NCBI GenBank assembly: GCA_021792255.1
Contig: JAJYUZ010000002.1
Coordinates: 256,001-320,000 of the forward strand
Direction of reading: 5' to 3'
DNA: 64,000 nt
Source of the DNA: Thermoplasmata archaeon
Lineage (GTDB): Archaea > Thermoplasmatota > Thermoplasmata > Thermoplasmatales > GCA-001856825
The translations under genes were made by a program, and so were the position numbers. The notes under the pieces are model-generated. The model was given only the letters and a program-made list of their open reading frames with translations, was not told the DNA's origin and made no database searches. Below are positions 38,417-47,030 of the stretch, one piece after another (positions within the stretch are counted from its first letter, which is position 1; the number at the start of each line of letters is the position of its first letter).

Positions 38417-38465
38417 AGTCTTCGGGGAGTAGTTAACATTAATATCCTTCATAAATTCAGATTGA

Positions 38466-38538
38466 GGGCTCGTGGTCTAGCGGCTATGACGTCGCCCTTA
38501 CAAGGCGGAGACCGCCGGTTCGAATCCGGCCGGGCCCA
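38466..38538 (+). tRNA. tRNA-Val(TAC)
   Basis: GGGCTCGTGGTCTAGCGGCTATGACGTCGCCCTTACAAGGCGGAGACCGCCGGTTCGAATCCGGCCGGGCCCA. Confidence 0.95.
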
Positions 38539-38851
38539 TCTGTCATTTGATGATTGAAACTCCGGACCATAGCAAGAGACGAATGACTTACCAAGTCCAA
38601 TTAGTCCTTTCAGTCTTTGTTGGGCCTGAAATCCCGAGCACACAGTCGAGTGCAATAGATTCCCGTTAGAAAGAGCCGTACTAAGACGGACGAGGGGGAA
38701 CTGCAAACTTACGATGCCTCTCTGGCTATCGACGTGATCTGATTTTGCATGGAGAATTCTCGACCTATCTTTTTTCTTAAAACTCGTTATTTGTCTCCAA
38801 ATTAGCTACTAATCACACTATTTGACGGTTTCAAAAACCTTCCAGCCTATC

Positions 38852-39079
38852 TTATTCTTCTTTGTCTTTTTGACTTCCCATCACTGATGGCAGGGGTAAC
38901 TTCGTTCCTATTATGATCTTTCTTACCCTTTCTGGATCTCCCTTCGTCTTGAGCAGTGTTTCTTTTGCCGTCTGCCACAACTCACCCTTGCTTGTGGGAC
39001 AGAAGTTTGGAAGTTCCTGATATTTCAGTGCGTCTCATATCCACTCATCGGGATTGAGTTCAGGGGAATATACAGGAAT
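38852..39079 (-). mobile_element. IS630-family transposase C-terminal relic
   Basis: Manual translation IPVYSPELNPDEWI*DALKYQELPNFCPTSKGEL...DPERVRKIIIGTKLPLP; has the P.YSPELNP.E motif and an internal TGA. Confidence 0.75.
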
Positions 39080-39216
39080 TAGCCAATTTCTGTCCAACAA
39101 GTGAAGAAGAACTTACAACAGCTGTCACAAACACGATGACCAAGCTGAAGAATGATCCTGAGAGGATCAGGAGGGCAATAAGGGGATCGAAACTTCCTCT
39201 ACCTGCCTTAACGTGA
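39073..39216 (+). mobile_element. Second IS630-family C-terminal relic, opposite orientation
   Basis: QELANFCPTSEEELTTAVTNTMTKLKNDPERIRRAIRGSKLPLPALT*, paralogous to the minus-strand relic. Confidence 0.7.
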
Positions 39217-39328
39217 ATAGATTAAACCAAAGTGGAACAATATGAGATTGCCTATTACAAGTAGTTTGTCTTTAAGATTTCAATTACGCTTTCAGTCTTA
39301 ACACAGTTTTCTTTCCCTATAAAATCAG

Positions 39329-39625
39329 TTAATAATGATAGACCCTGATTGAGATCATTGCAAGAAGGATTATCGTTACCAGAATCAGAGTCAGGGTAAG
39401 TATACCCACAGTGTGAAGATGCCTGCTCTTCCTTAATAAAAAATAAAGCATAAAGAACATTATAGCGATGATCAATAAACCTACTACTTCAATATTTAAG
39501 TACCCTTGGTTACCAGAGAAAGGGAGTATAAATAGTGAAGAAGCTACAACCCAAGCTAGAATAGAGAAAATAGGGTAGAAAAGGAAAAAAATCTTACGAT
39601 TTCCAGCCGAAGAGTTTCTGTACAT
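39329..39625 (-). CDS. Small 3-TM membrane protein downstream of the G1 peptidase
   Basis: Three hydrophobic helices; begins 6 bp after the peptidase stop. Confidence 0.7.
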   Translation of the reverse strand: MYRNSSAGNRKIFFLFYPIFSILAWVVASSLFILPFSGNQGYLNIEVVGLLIIAIMFFMLYFLLRKSRHLHTVGILTLTLILVTIILLAMISIRVYHY

Positions 39626-39631
39626 GATAAC

Positions 39632-40852
39632 CTATCCATTTACGTACGTCCAGTTGTAATAGGAATTTGACCATGTGACTTCTGGGTAATTTCCATTATC
39701 GCTTATCCATCCTTCCTGTGTATTGTAATCGTTGTTAGAGTTTTGAAGAAGGGTGTATTGATTATAGTATCCAGTCGTATAAAGCGTCCAGAGACTTGAT
39801 CCTGCTGAGTTTTGGAGGAAATATCCAGAGGACAGGAACTCCGATTCTGAAAACTCTGGGATCTGCACTATCCAGGTTTTAAGGTCTTGTGTTATTGTTG
39901 GCGCTTCAGTAATGAACTCAATATAGTAGGGTACAAACGTAGGGTCGCTGGAAGACGTACTGACCGCGTACTCCGTACTTGTATTGTAGATGTAAGCCTC
40001 AAATTCAAACCCAGGATTGCCATAGAATACGTAGAAGTTTATATCCCATCCCGGGTTCAGATTGGGCGCACCTGGGTAATTGTACGAAGCTGCAGGATAA
40101 TCTTCGTACCATATGTAGTAAGGACCCCATGACGGCCCCTCAAAAAGGTTTCCGAAATAGTTTCTTTCGTACCAAGTTTGAGCTAGCCCTGTAACTCCGT
40201 TTCCATTTCCTCCCGGTCCTGGTGCCAATGAGTCCCATGTCGCATCAGACTCGTAATTGTTATTCGGGTTTTGGCCGGTGGGGGGAGATTCTATCGTAGA
40301 AACTGGTGTTTCTGCGTACACATAAGAGATTGCTTCATGCGATGGGTCATAGAATTCCCATCCGGACCAGTTTGTTGACGTGCTTGTATACTGATATGTT
40401 TCGTGAAAGAAGCTGACGTTCGCAGATTTGGCCAACCAGCCTTGATTGCTTGCACCCCATTCGAGTTCCATTATTGTCCCATTATGAACACTGACCAGTC
40501 TAACATAAACTGATAGATTACTGTCGCTGAAGTTGTAGGAAATTCCCCACTGAAAATTCGTAGTTAAATTCCTGTTGTTGTAATTGTTTAGGAAGGAAGA
40601 ATTAAGCAAAGTCGAAGTTGTAGAAACTACTTCCGAGTACAGTGTTCGATTGTCGAGATTAATTCCTAATCTACTGGCTTGTGTTGTAATAGCGCCCACA
40701 TTATTTTCAATTTGGTGATTGCCTAGCAAGGCAGTCACGCCAACAGAAGTTTCCTGCGCGTGAGTGACAGAGGCAACGGAAGCAGAAAAAATAAAAATCA
40801 GTGCTAAGACAAAGACTAAAAGCATCCTTAGCAACTTAATCATAACTAACAA
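39632..40852 (-). CDS. Secreted G1/eqolisin-like glutamic peptidase (paralog of 23413-24711)
   Basis: Signal peptide, STNWSGWEFYDPS, LAQTWY, WGPYYIWYE, EFITEAP, GYYNQYTL, VTWSNSYYN. Confidence 0.72.
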   Translation of the reverse strand: MLVMIKLLRMLLVFVLALIFIFSASVASVTHAQETSVGVTALLGNHQIENNVGAITTQASRLGINLDNRTLYSEVVSTTSTLLNSSFLNNYNNRNLTTNFQWGISYNFSDSNLSVYVRLVSVHNGTIMELEWGASNQGWLAKSANVSFFHETYQYTSTSTNWSGWEFYDPSHEAISYVYAETPVSTIESPPTGQNPNNNYESDATWDSLAPGPGGNGNGVTGLAQTWYERNYFGNLFEGPSWGPYYIWYEDYPAASYNYPGAPNLNPGWDINFYVFYGNPGFEFEAYIYNTSTEYAVSTSSSDPTFVPYYIEFITEAPTITQDLKTWIVQIPEFSESEFLSSGYFLQNSAGSSLWTLYTTGYYNQYTLLQNSNNDYNTQEGWISDNGNYPEVTWSNSYYNWTYVNG

Positions 40853-40879
40853 TTTCTAACAAACTAATGAATCTGTCGG

Positions 40880-41883
40880 ACTTCTGCCATAGCGGGTTAA
40901 AAGACGCCTGAATTGTGAAGAAATTAAACAAAAGTGGAATAGATACGATAGAGAAGAGAGATAAAAAAAAGTTTGGAGCAAGTACAATCCGTCACTCGTC
41001 AGGAGGATAGACATCCTCACGGACACATCTTTCCTTGATTCCTGGAACGATGACGTAGAGAGGGAGAACGATGGCAAGGTAGGCCACCCTTATGAATATC
41101 CGAAAGAATTCTTCGTCTTCCTCTCGAAGGCGAGGGAACTGTGGAACATCCCGTTCAGGGAGCTGGAGGGGTTCGTGAGGAAATTGTCAGAACTCACTGG
41201 GAAGTTCAAGCCGTTGAGCTACGTCGCCATATTCCAGCGCATAAGGGGTATCCCCATTTCAGGTATGATAGAGGAGATCAACGGTTCCTCAAGGGACGGG
41301 ATGACCGTTATAATCGACTCCTCCGGGTTGAAGATCACACAGAGGGGCGATTGGCTGACCAACAAGTGGCATACGAAGAGGAAAGGGTGGCTGAAGATTC
41401 ACGTCGCTATAGATGCGGAGAGGATGAACGTCGTCTCACTCACGGTAAGTAAGGAGTTTGCACATGACACGAAGGAGTTCCGCAAACTCCTCTACCCTGT
41501 GGCGGGTAGAGCATCGTCAGTCTACGGGGATGGAGCGTACGGCAGCAGGGGAATCGGGGCGGTGATACCACCACGCAGCGGTTCAAGGTCGCTCTCCAGG
41601 AGTGGAGGTCCGGCAAGAGGCAGGGTGGTGAGGCGCATCAGGAAGATCGGTCTTGAAGAGTGGAAGAAGGAGGTGCAGTACGGCAAGAGGTGGAGGGTGG
41701 AAATATTCTTCTCAGCCTTAAAGCGCACCGTTGGAGAGATCATAATGGCAAACAAGCTGGTCTACCAGATACAGGAAGCTGTGATGAAGATATACGCATA
41801 TTTCCTGATGAAAAAGAACACCGTGGTGAGTTGAGTTGATTGTCATTTACAATTGCTTAACACACTTTTTCTATGCATAAAGT
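40880..41883 (+). mobile_element. IS5-family (IS903-like) element, probably defective
   Basis: Frame 40965-41834 has WSKYNPSLVRR, GKVGHPYEYP, IIDSSGLK..RGDW, WLKIHVA, YGDGAY, AVIPPR, Y.KRWRVE.FFS..KR. Imperfect TIRs acttctgccatag / ctatgcataaagt. Confidence 0.85.
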
Positions 41884-41919
41884 TAATAATTATTATTTGA
41901 ATAAGACGGAGCGATTAAT

Positions 41920-42306
41920 ATGGTCTCAAAAAGAACCATGAGGTATCAGAACAAGAACAGGAATTTGAATGAGCTCTCACAGCAGATAGAACAACAACTA
42001 CAGAGCGAAAGGTACAAAGTTCAATCGAAGCAGCTCCCGACCGGTAACGTGATCCAAGCCCAGAAGGCAGGTATCCTGCGAGACATAATAACCGCAGATA
42101 GGGCATTTACAATAGCGCTTGAGGGTCAGCCAGACGATTTCACCGTGACAGTCGGAATCGGGAAATTCATCCAGAATATAGCGGTTGCAGCCGTGGAAGC
42201 GATTTTACTTTCCGAGCTATTTCTTGTGGTCGATGTACCAGAAATGTTGTGGACGGAACACGTGGAAAAAGGAATAATAAAAGAAATAAACACAATCGTT
42301 GGATGA
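41920..42306 (+). CDS. Conserved hypothetical protein
   Basis: Coherent 128-aa ORF (IQAQKAGILRDIITADRAFTI...DVPEMLWT). Confidence 0.7.
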   Translation: MVSKRTMRYQNKNRNLNELSQQIEQQLQSERYKVQSKQLPTGNVIQAQKAGILRDIITADRAFTIALEGQPDDFTVTVGIGKFIQNIAVAAVEAILLSELFLVVDVPEMLWTEHVEKGIIKEINTIVG

Positions 42307-42406
42307 AAAGCCTATAAGCACTCAATCATGAAATGCTTGAAGGATCCGGTCTCAAGAATATAAACAAGAGTCCAATGGAGCTATTCAGGAAAGCGCAAAT
42401 TAATTT

Positions 42407-42640
42407 ATGGAAGGTCATTATACCCCTCAAATGAAGTTCACCGGAAACTACGTAATGCAGTACCTATCATTCGCCCTTTTACTAGGTGCAGTAGCGTTCT
42501 ATGTTGGATGGTCTATAGCGTACGGTGACTGGAACGATATTGGATTGTATTCAGTTTCTGTAATACTGATACTCTTTGGAATACTGGGAACAGCTCTGTT
42601 TCATTTTAAGATAAAGCAAGAGGAATCGAACTTAAAATAG
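42407..42640 (+). CDS. Small 2-TM membrane protein
   Basis: FYVGWSIAYGDWNDIGLYSV between two TM helices; true start probably near 42430. Confidence 0.65.
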   Translation: MEGHYTPQMKFTGNYVMQYLSFALLLGAVAFYVGWSIAYGDWNDIGLYSVSVILILFGILGTALFHFKIKQEESNLK

Positions 42641-42746
42641 ATAAGAGCACTAGCAGATGTACAAGTTTCATCGACAATACGCTGGTAAGACTGGAACATA
42701 ATATTTTTTATTCAAGACTTGCTCAAGTAAGAAAAGCGGTGGTTCC

Positions 42747-44195
42747 TTGGAGACAGAGCAAAAAAAATATTTACTCACAGCAAAGAAGAGCGAAAACATC
42801 ACAGACTGGTACACACAGGTGATAGTCAACTCCGAGTTTGTCGATTATAGTGCTGTATCGGGTATGATGGTCTATCGGCCGGACTCCTATTTTGCATGGG
42901 ACACGATAAAGGAGGCCACTGACAAATTGTTCAAGGAAGCGGGGGTGCAGGACGTGTACTTCCCGCTGTTCATCCCAGAACGTTTTCTGATGAAGGAAAG
43001 CGAGCACGTCAAGGGATTCTCACCAGAAGTAGCATGGATTACCCACGCAGGGCAGTCTCAGCTTTCGGAGCGCCTAGCAGTCCGCCCAACTTCGGAGACA
43101 ATAATGTACGACAGTTTCTCCAGATGGATTCGTTCTTGGAGAGACCTCCCTATAAAGTTCAATATATGGGCAAGTGTGGTTCGCTGGGAATTCAAGCACC
43201 CTACCCCGCTGCTCAGGAGCAGAGAATTTCTGTGGAACGAGGGACACAGCGCATTTGCCACGCTCGAGGAGGCAGAAGCAGAGCGTAAAATAATTCTCGA
43301 TATCTATGAGAAGATTTTGCGTGAATATCTTGCCATTCCTGGAATAAGAGGGAGAAAGACGGACAACGAGAAGTTTGCAGGCGCTGTAGCGTCTTACAGT
43401 ATAGAACACCTCATGCCAGATGGCTGGGTACTTCAGGGACCGGATCACCATAGCGATGGTCAGAACTTTGCGAGAGCGTTTGACATAAGATTCATAGACA
43501 AAGATGGACAGAGGAAGTACGTTTATCAGAACACCTATGCCATAAGTACGAGAGAACTCGGTGCTATGGTGCTTACGCACGGAGACGACAAGGGGCTCGT
43601 ACTGCCGCCAAAGCTTGCAAGGATACAGATCGTACTTGTGCCAATATACAACGACTTGAAGAAGGAAGAAGTCCTGAGATATTCCAGATCTGTGTACGAG
43701 TCGTTAAGGAGCAATTTCCGCACGTATCTAGATGATCGCGATGAATACTCTCCAGGATGGAAGTACAATGAATGGGAGTTCAAGGGTGTACCAGTGCGCT
43801 TAGAGATTGGACAACGTGAGGTAGATTCAAATTCCGTGACTACCGTGCGCCGTGACACTGGAAGGAAAGAGGGCATGAAACTTGAACAACTTAGAGATTC
43901 CCTGGTTTCACTTCTGGAAGACATACACACAAATCTGTACACTAGAGCCTTGAAATTCCTCGAGTCCCACACATTTGCCGTTAAGAGTTATGAACAACTG
44001 AAGAAGTTGGTTGGCAACGGTATCGCGCAGGCACCCTGGTGTGGATCATATGAATGTGAGGCAAAGATCAACGAAGAGACTGGCGCAAAGATAACAAATC
44101 TTCCCTCAAGTGAGGAGGAGAATGTCAAGGGACAAATGTGCATTTACTGCGGAAAAGAGGCGAAGTATATCGCTAATTTTGCTAGATCATACTAG
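42747..44195 (+). CDS. proS: Proline--tRNA ligase (archaeal/eukaryote type)
   Basis: RPTSET.MY, VVRWE..P.LRSREFLWNEGH, HGDDKGLVLPP, KGVPVRLEIG, Zn-type Cys residues, C-terminal ARSY. Confidence 0.95.
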   Translation: METEQKKYLLTAKKSENITDWYTQVIVNSEFVDYSAVSGMMVYRPDSYFAWDTIKEATDKLFKEAGVQDVYFPLFIPERFLMKESEHVKGFSPEVAWITHAGQSQLSERLAVRPTSETIMYDSFSRWIRSWRDLPIKFNIWASVVRWEFKHPTPLLRSREFLWNEGHSAFATLEEAEAERKIILDIYEKILREYLAIPGIRGRKTDNEKFAGAVASYSIEHLMPDGWVLQGPDHHSDGQNFARAFDIRFIDKDGQRKYVYQNTYAISTRELGAMVLTHGDDKGLVLPPKLARIQIVLVPIYNDLKKEEVLRYSRSVYESLRSNFRTYLDDRDEYSPGWKYNEWEFKGVPVRLEIGQREVDSNSVTTVRRDTGRKEGMKLEQLRDSLVSLLEDIHTNLYTRALKFLESHTFAVKSYEQLKKLVGNGIAQAPWCGSYECEAKINEETGAKITNLPSSEEENVKGQMCIYCGKEAKYIANFARSY

Positions 44196-44408
44196 CGTAT
44201 CGGAAAAGGCGCCTTGGTAGAAATCAGCAAGAGAACCAAACTCGCAAAGACGGTACCCTCTTAGACTTAATACTCTCGTACTGAAGAGGAATAAGGTGGA
44301 CTGTCGATTGGGGCTCTCACCGGTAATGATCTCTAATATTCCGCAGCAAAGCTTTCTTTAAACCAAATTGAATAGCACTGTCTGCGTTTGGGAAAAGGTG
44401 TGCGAGGT

Positions 44409-45179
44409 CTAATCGGCCTCGCTCAGAAAATCCTTTACTTCTTCTATTTTTGATTCAAAGAACTCAGTTCCAGTTCCCTTTGCGACAAATTTTCCGTCGT
44501 AGATCAAGTTCGTATAATCCGATACCTTCCTCGTGAGATTCATGTCGTGAGTGACCAGTACGACGGTGTACTTCTGTTTCAGAGACCTTATCAAATCAAC
44601 GATCTTTCCTTTAGCTATAGGATCAAGGGCACTCGTAGGTTCGTCAAGCATCAGTACCTTTGGTCTTAGCACTAGGGCTCTTGCAATGCACAATCTCTGT
44701 TGCTGTCCTCCCGATAGAGATGTTCCCATCTGTTTCAAGTTTCCCCCCAGTTCCTCGTAAAGATCTGCGTCCTCTAAGGCTTGAACTATAACCTTGTCCA
44801 TTTCCTCCCTCTTCAGTTTCTTACCCTGGATCCTCAGTCCGAAGGCTACATTGTCATATACCGACATTGGAAAGGGATTTGGTTTCTGGAATACCAGACC
44901 TATCTCCCTTCTCAACTCTACAGGATCGAAGTCCCTGATGTTTCTTTTTTCGAAGAGAATATCTCCGGTGACTTCCATAGCAGGATCCATCTCAAGGAGC
45001 CTGTTAAGAGACCTCAACAAAGTGCTCTTTCCGCTCCCAGACGGACCAACAATGGTGTTAACGTTGTTTCTGAATATGTTTAGATCCACTCTGTCAAGTA
45101 TCACCTTGTTCTTTGTCTTAATCTTCAGTTTCTCTATCTCAATTACTTTCTCAACTTTTTCGACACTTTTTTCTTCCAT
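44409..45179 (-). CDS. pstB: Phosphate ABC transporter ATPase
   Basis: GPSGSGKST, VFQKPNPFPMS.YDNVA.G, LSGGQQQRLCIAR, DEPTSALDP. Confidence 0.95.
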   Translation of the reverse strand: MEEKSVEKVEKVIEIEKLKIKTKNKVILDRVDLNIFRNNVNTIVGPSGSGKSTLLRSLNRLLEMDPAMEVTGDILFEKRNIRDFDPVELRREIGLVFQKPNPFPMSVYDNVAFGLRIQGKKLKREEMDKVIVQALEDADLYEELGGNLKQMGTSLSGGQQQRLCIARALVLRPKVLMLDEPTSALDPIAKGKIVDLIRSLKQKYTVVLVTHDMNLTRKVSDYTNLIYDGKFVAKGTGTEFFESKIEEVKDFLSEAD

Positions 45180-45181
45180 CT

Positions 45182-46051
45182 CTATTTCCTCCTGACAATA
45201 TACTTTGAAATCAAAATCAGGGCAGTTACGCTCAGTACGAGTATCATGGCCGACACGAATGCCAGATCGTGAGAGTAGGTAGTTGGCTCGTTAATTCCAG
45301 TCCATACAACGTATGTTAAATACGCTACCTGAGAGTGCAAGAATCCCGTCGGAAGTGCATTGTTGAACCCCGCTGAATAGATAAGCTGTGCAGTCTCTCC
45401 CGCAGATATGCTGACTGCAAGAAGTATTCCGGACAGAATACCGACCTTTGCTTGTGGAAGGTATATTCTTGATGCAACTCTTATGTCGTCCGCCCCCAGT
45501 GCATAAGCGTTCTCTATCTGTTCCTTTGGGATGTTCTTGAAGGAAATTTCTATGATTCTCAGTAGATATGGGAGCATCATCACTGATAGCGCAAGACCAC
45601 CCGCGATCAGCGAAAACCCCATGTGATATCTTATCACTAGAACCAGGTACGCAAATAGACCTATTACTATGGAAGGAACGCTCGTAAGAACATCAGTAAA
45701 GAGACGAGCCGCAGAAGATATTGTACCATTTGATTTGGCGTTGACTATGTAGAGTGCCCCAAGGAGGCTGGGTGGGAGGGAAAACACAAGTCCCATCCCG
45801 ACTAGCATCCAAGTCCCAACAATTGCATTTAGTACCCCTCCTGAAGACGTATTTCCAAACGTGCTCAGAATTTTCCAGGTTATATGTGTAGCTCCAGCAT
45901 TGAGGACGTAGATGAAGATCGAAATCAGGATTACTATCATTGTGCCAAGGACCACGAAGCTAAGTGCATTAGCTACCTTGTCCTTGACCCTCCTCGTACT
46001 GACACTCTTCCACTTCAATTCTGTCTGATCCTTGGCATAAGAGTTAGTCAC
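45182..46051 (-). CDS. pstA: Phosphate ABC transporter permease
   Basis: PSIVIGLF, ENAYALGA, GETAQL; operon position. Confidence 0.92.
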   Translation of the reverse strand: MTNSYAKDQTELKWKSVSTRRVKDKVANALSFVVLGTMIVILISIFIYVLNAGATHITWKILSTFGNTSSGGVLNAIVGTWMLVGMGLVFSLPPSLLGALYIVNAKSNGTISSAARLFTDVLTSVPSIVIGLFAYLVLVIRYHMGFSLIAGGLALSVMMLPYLLRIIEISFKNIPKEQIENAYALGADDIRVASRIYLPQAKVGILSGILLAVSISAGETAQLIYSAGFNNALPTGFLHSQVAYLTYVVWTGINEPTTYSHDLAFVSAMILVLSVTALILISKYIVRRK

Positions 46052-47021
46052 TTTCGTACCCCCTTAGTGCCCCTCTCCCTGCGATCTTTCTTCCAATGAC
46101 GCTCGCGGCGAGGGCAATTAACATCAGAACCATTGCCAGCTCTGCGAGTGCGGCAAGATTCATTCCAGTCGAGTCAGTGAATGCGCTGTCCAAGAGGGAT
46201 GCGATTGCAGCTGCCATAGTATTGGTTGCTGAATATAGGTTACTAGGCAGAACATTGGTTACTGCGCCGCTGACCATAAGGACGGCCATAGTTTCTCCAA
46301 GTGCTCTCCCGATTCCGAGGAGAGTTCCACCTACGGTAGAAGCCCTGGAATAGCGGGTAATCAAGTATTTGCCGACCTCCCATTTTGTTGCACCCAAAGA
46401 AAAAAGGCCGTCCTTGACTTCCTTGGGTACTGTGTCGAACGAATTCACTATGACCGAGGTGACGATTGGTGTTATCATGAAGCTAAGGATGATTCCCGAA
46501 GCTATCAGTCCCGCACCGCTGTATATCTCTCCCTTGAATCCAGGGATAAAAGAGAGGTGCTGTGCCATCCACGGTTCTATATTGTTGAAGAGCAAGGGTT
46601 CAAGAACGATTATTCCCCACAGTCCGTAAACGACGCTAGGAATTCCAGCGAACAGCTCAATCATAGACACCACGAATTTCTTTATCCTAGCTGGAAGATA
46701 TAGCTCAACGTTCAGTGACACCAGGAAGCTAACAGGGAAAGCGATAAATATGGCCAAAGCAGACGTGCTCAGGGTCCCTAAAAGGAATAAGTCCAAACCG
46801 AAGGATGATCCAGCCGGGGCAGGCACTCCGTGTCTTATTATGGGGGCCTGGAATTGGAATCCGGGATTCCACAGATAGGTCGTAAAGAATGAAATTCCGT
46901 TGTACTTTATAGATGGTATTGAGTAGTATACTACAAAAACGATAATGGAAATGAGGACCACCGCTGGTACGGCGGCCATCAGTAGAGTAAGAAAATTGAA
47001 AAATTTATTAGACGTTTTCAT
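46044..47021 (-). CDS. pstC: Phosphate ABC transporter permease
   Basis: ELFAGIPSVVYGLWG, SLGATKWE, GRALGETMAV. Confidence 0.94.
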   Translation of the reverse strand: MKTSNKFFNFLTLLMAAVPAVVLISIIVFVVYYSIPSIKYNGISFFTTYLWNPGFQFQAPIIRHGVPAPAGSSFGLDLFLLGTLSTSALAIFIAFPVSFLVSLNVELYLPARIKKFVVSMIELFAGIPSVVYGLWGIIVLEPLLFNNIEPWMAQHLSFIPGFKGEIYSGAGLIASGIILSFMITPIVTSVIVNSFDTVPKEVKDGLFSLGATKWEVGKYLITRYSRASTVGGTLLGIGRALGETMAVLMVSGAVTNVLPSNLYSATNTMAAAIASLLDSAFTDSTGMNLAALAELAMVLMLIALAASVIGRKIAGRGALRGYESD

Positions 47022-47030
47022 TCGCTGCCT

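Noticed and set aside
38449-44400. att-like duplication of the tRNA-Val 3' end, and the 85-aa ORF over the tRNA
   Set aside because: No repeat found by eye downstream; the ORF is antisense to the tRNA
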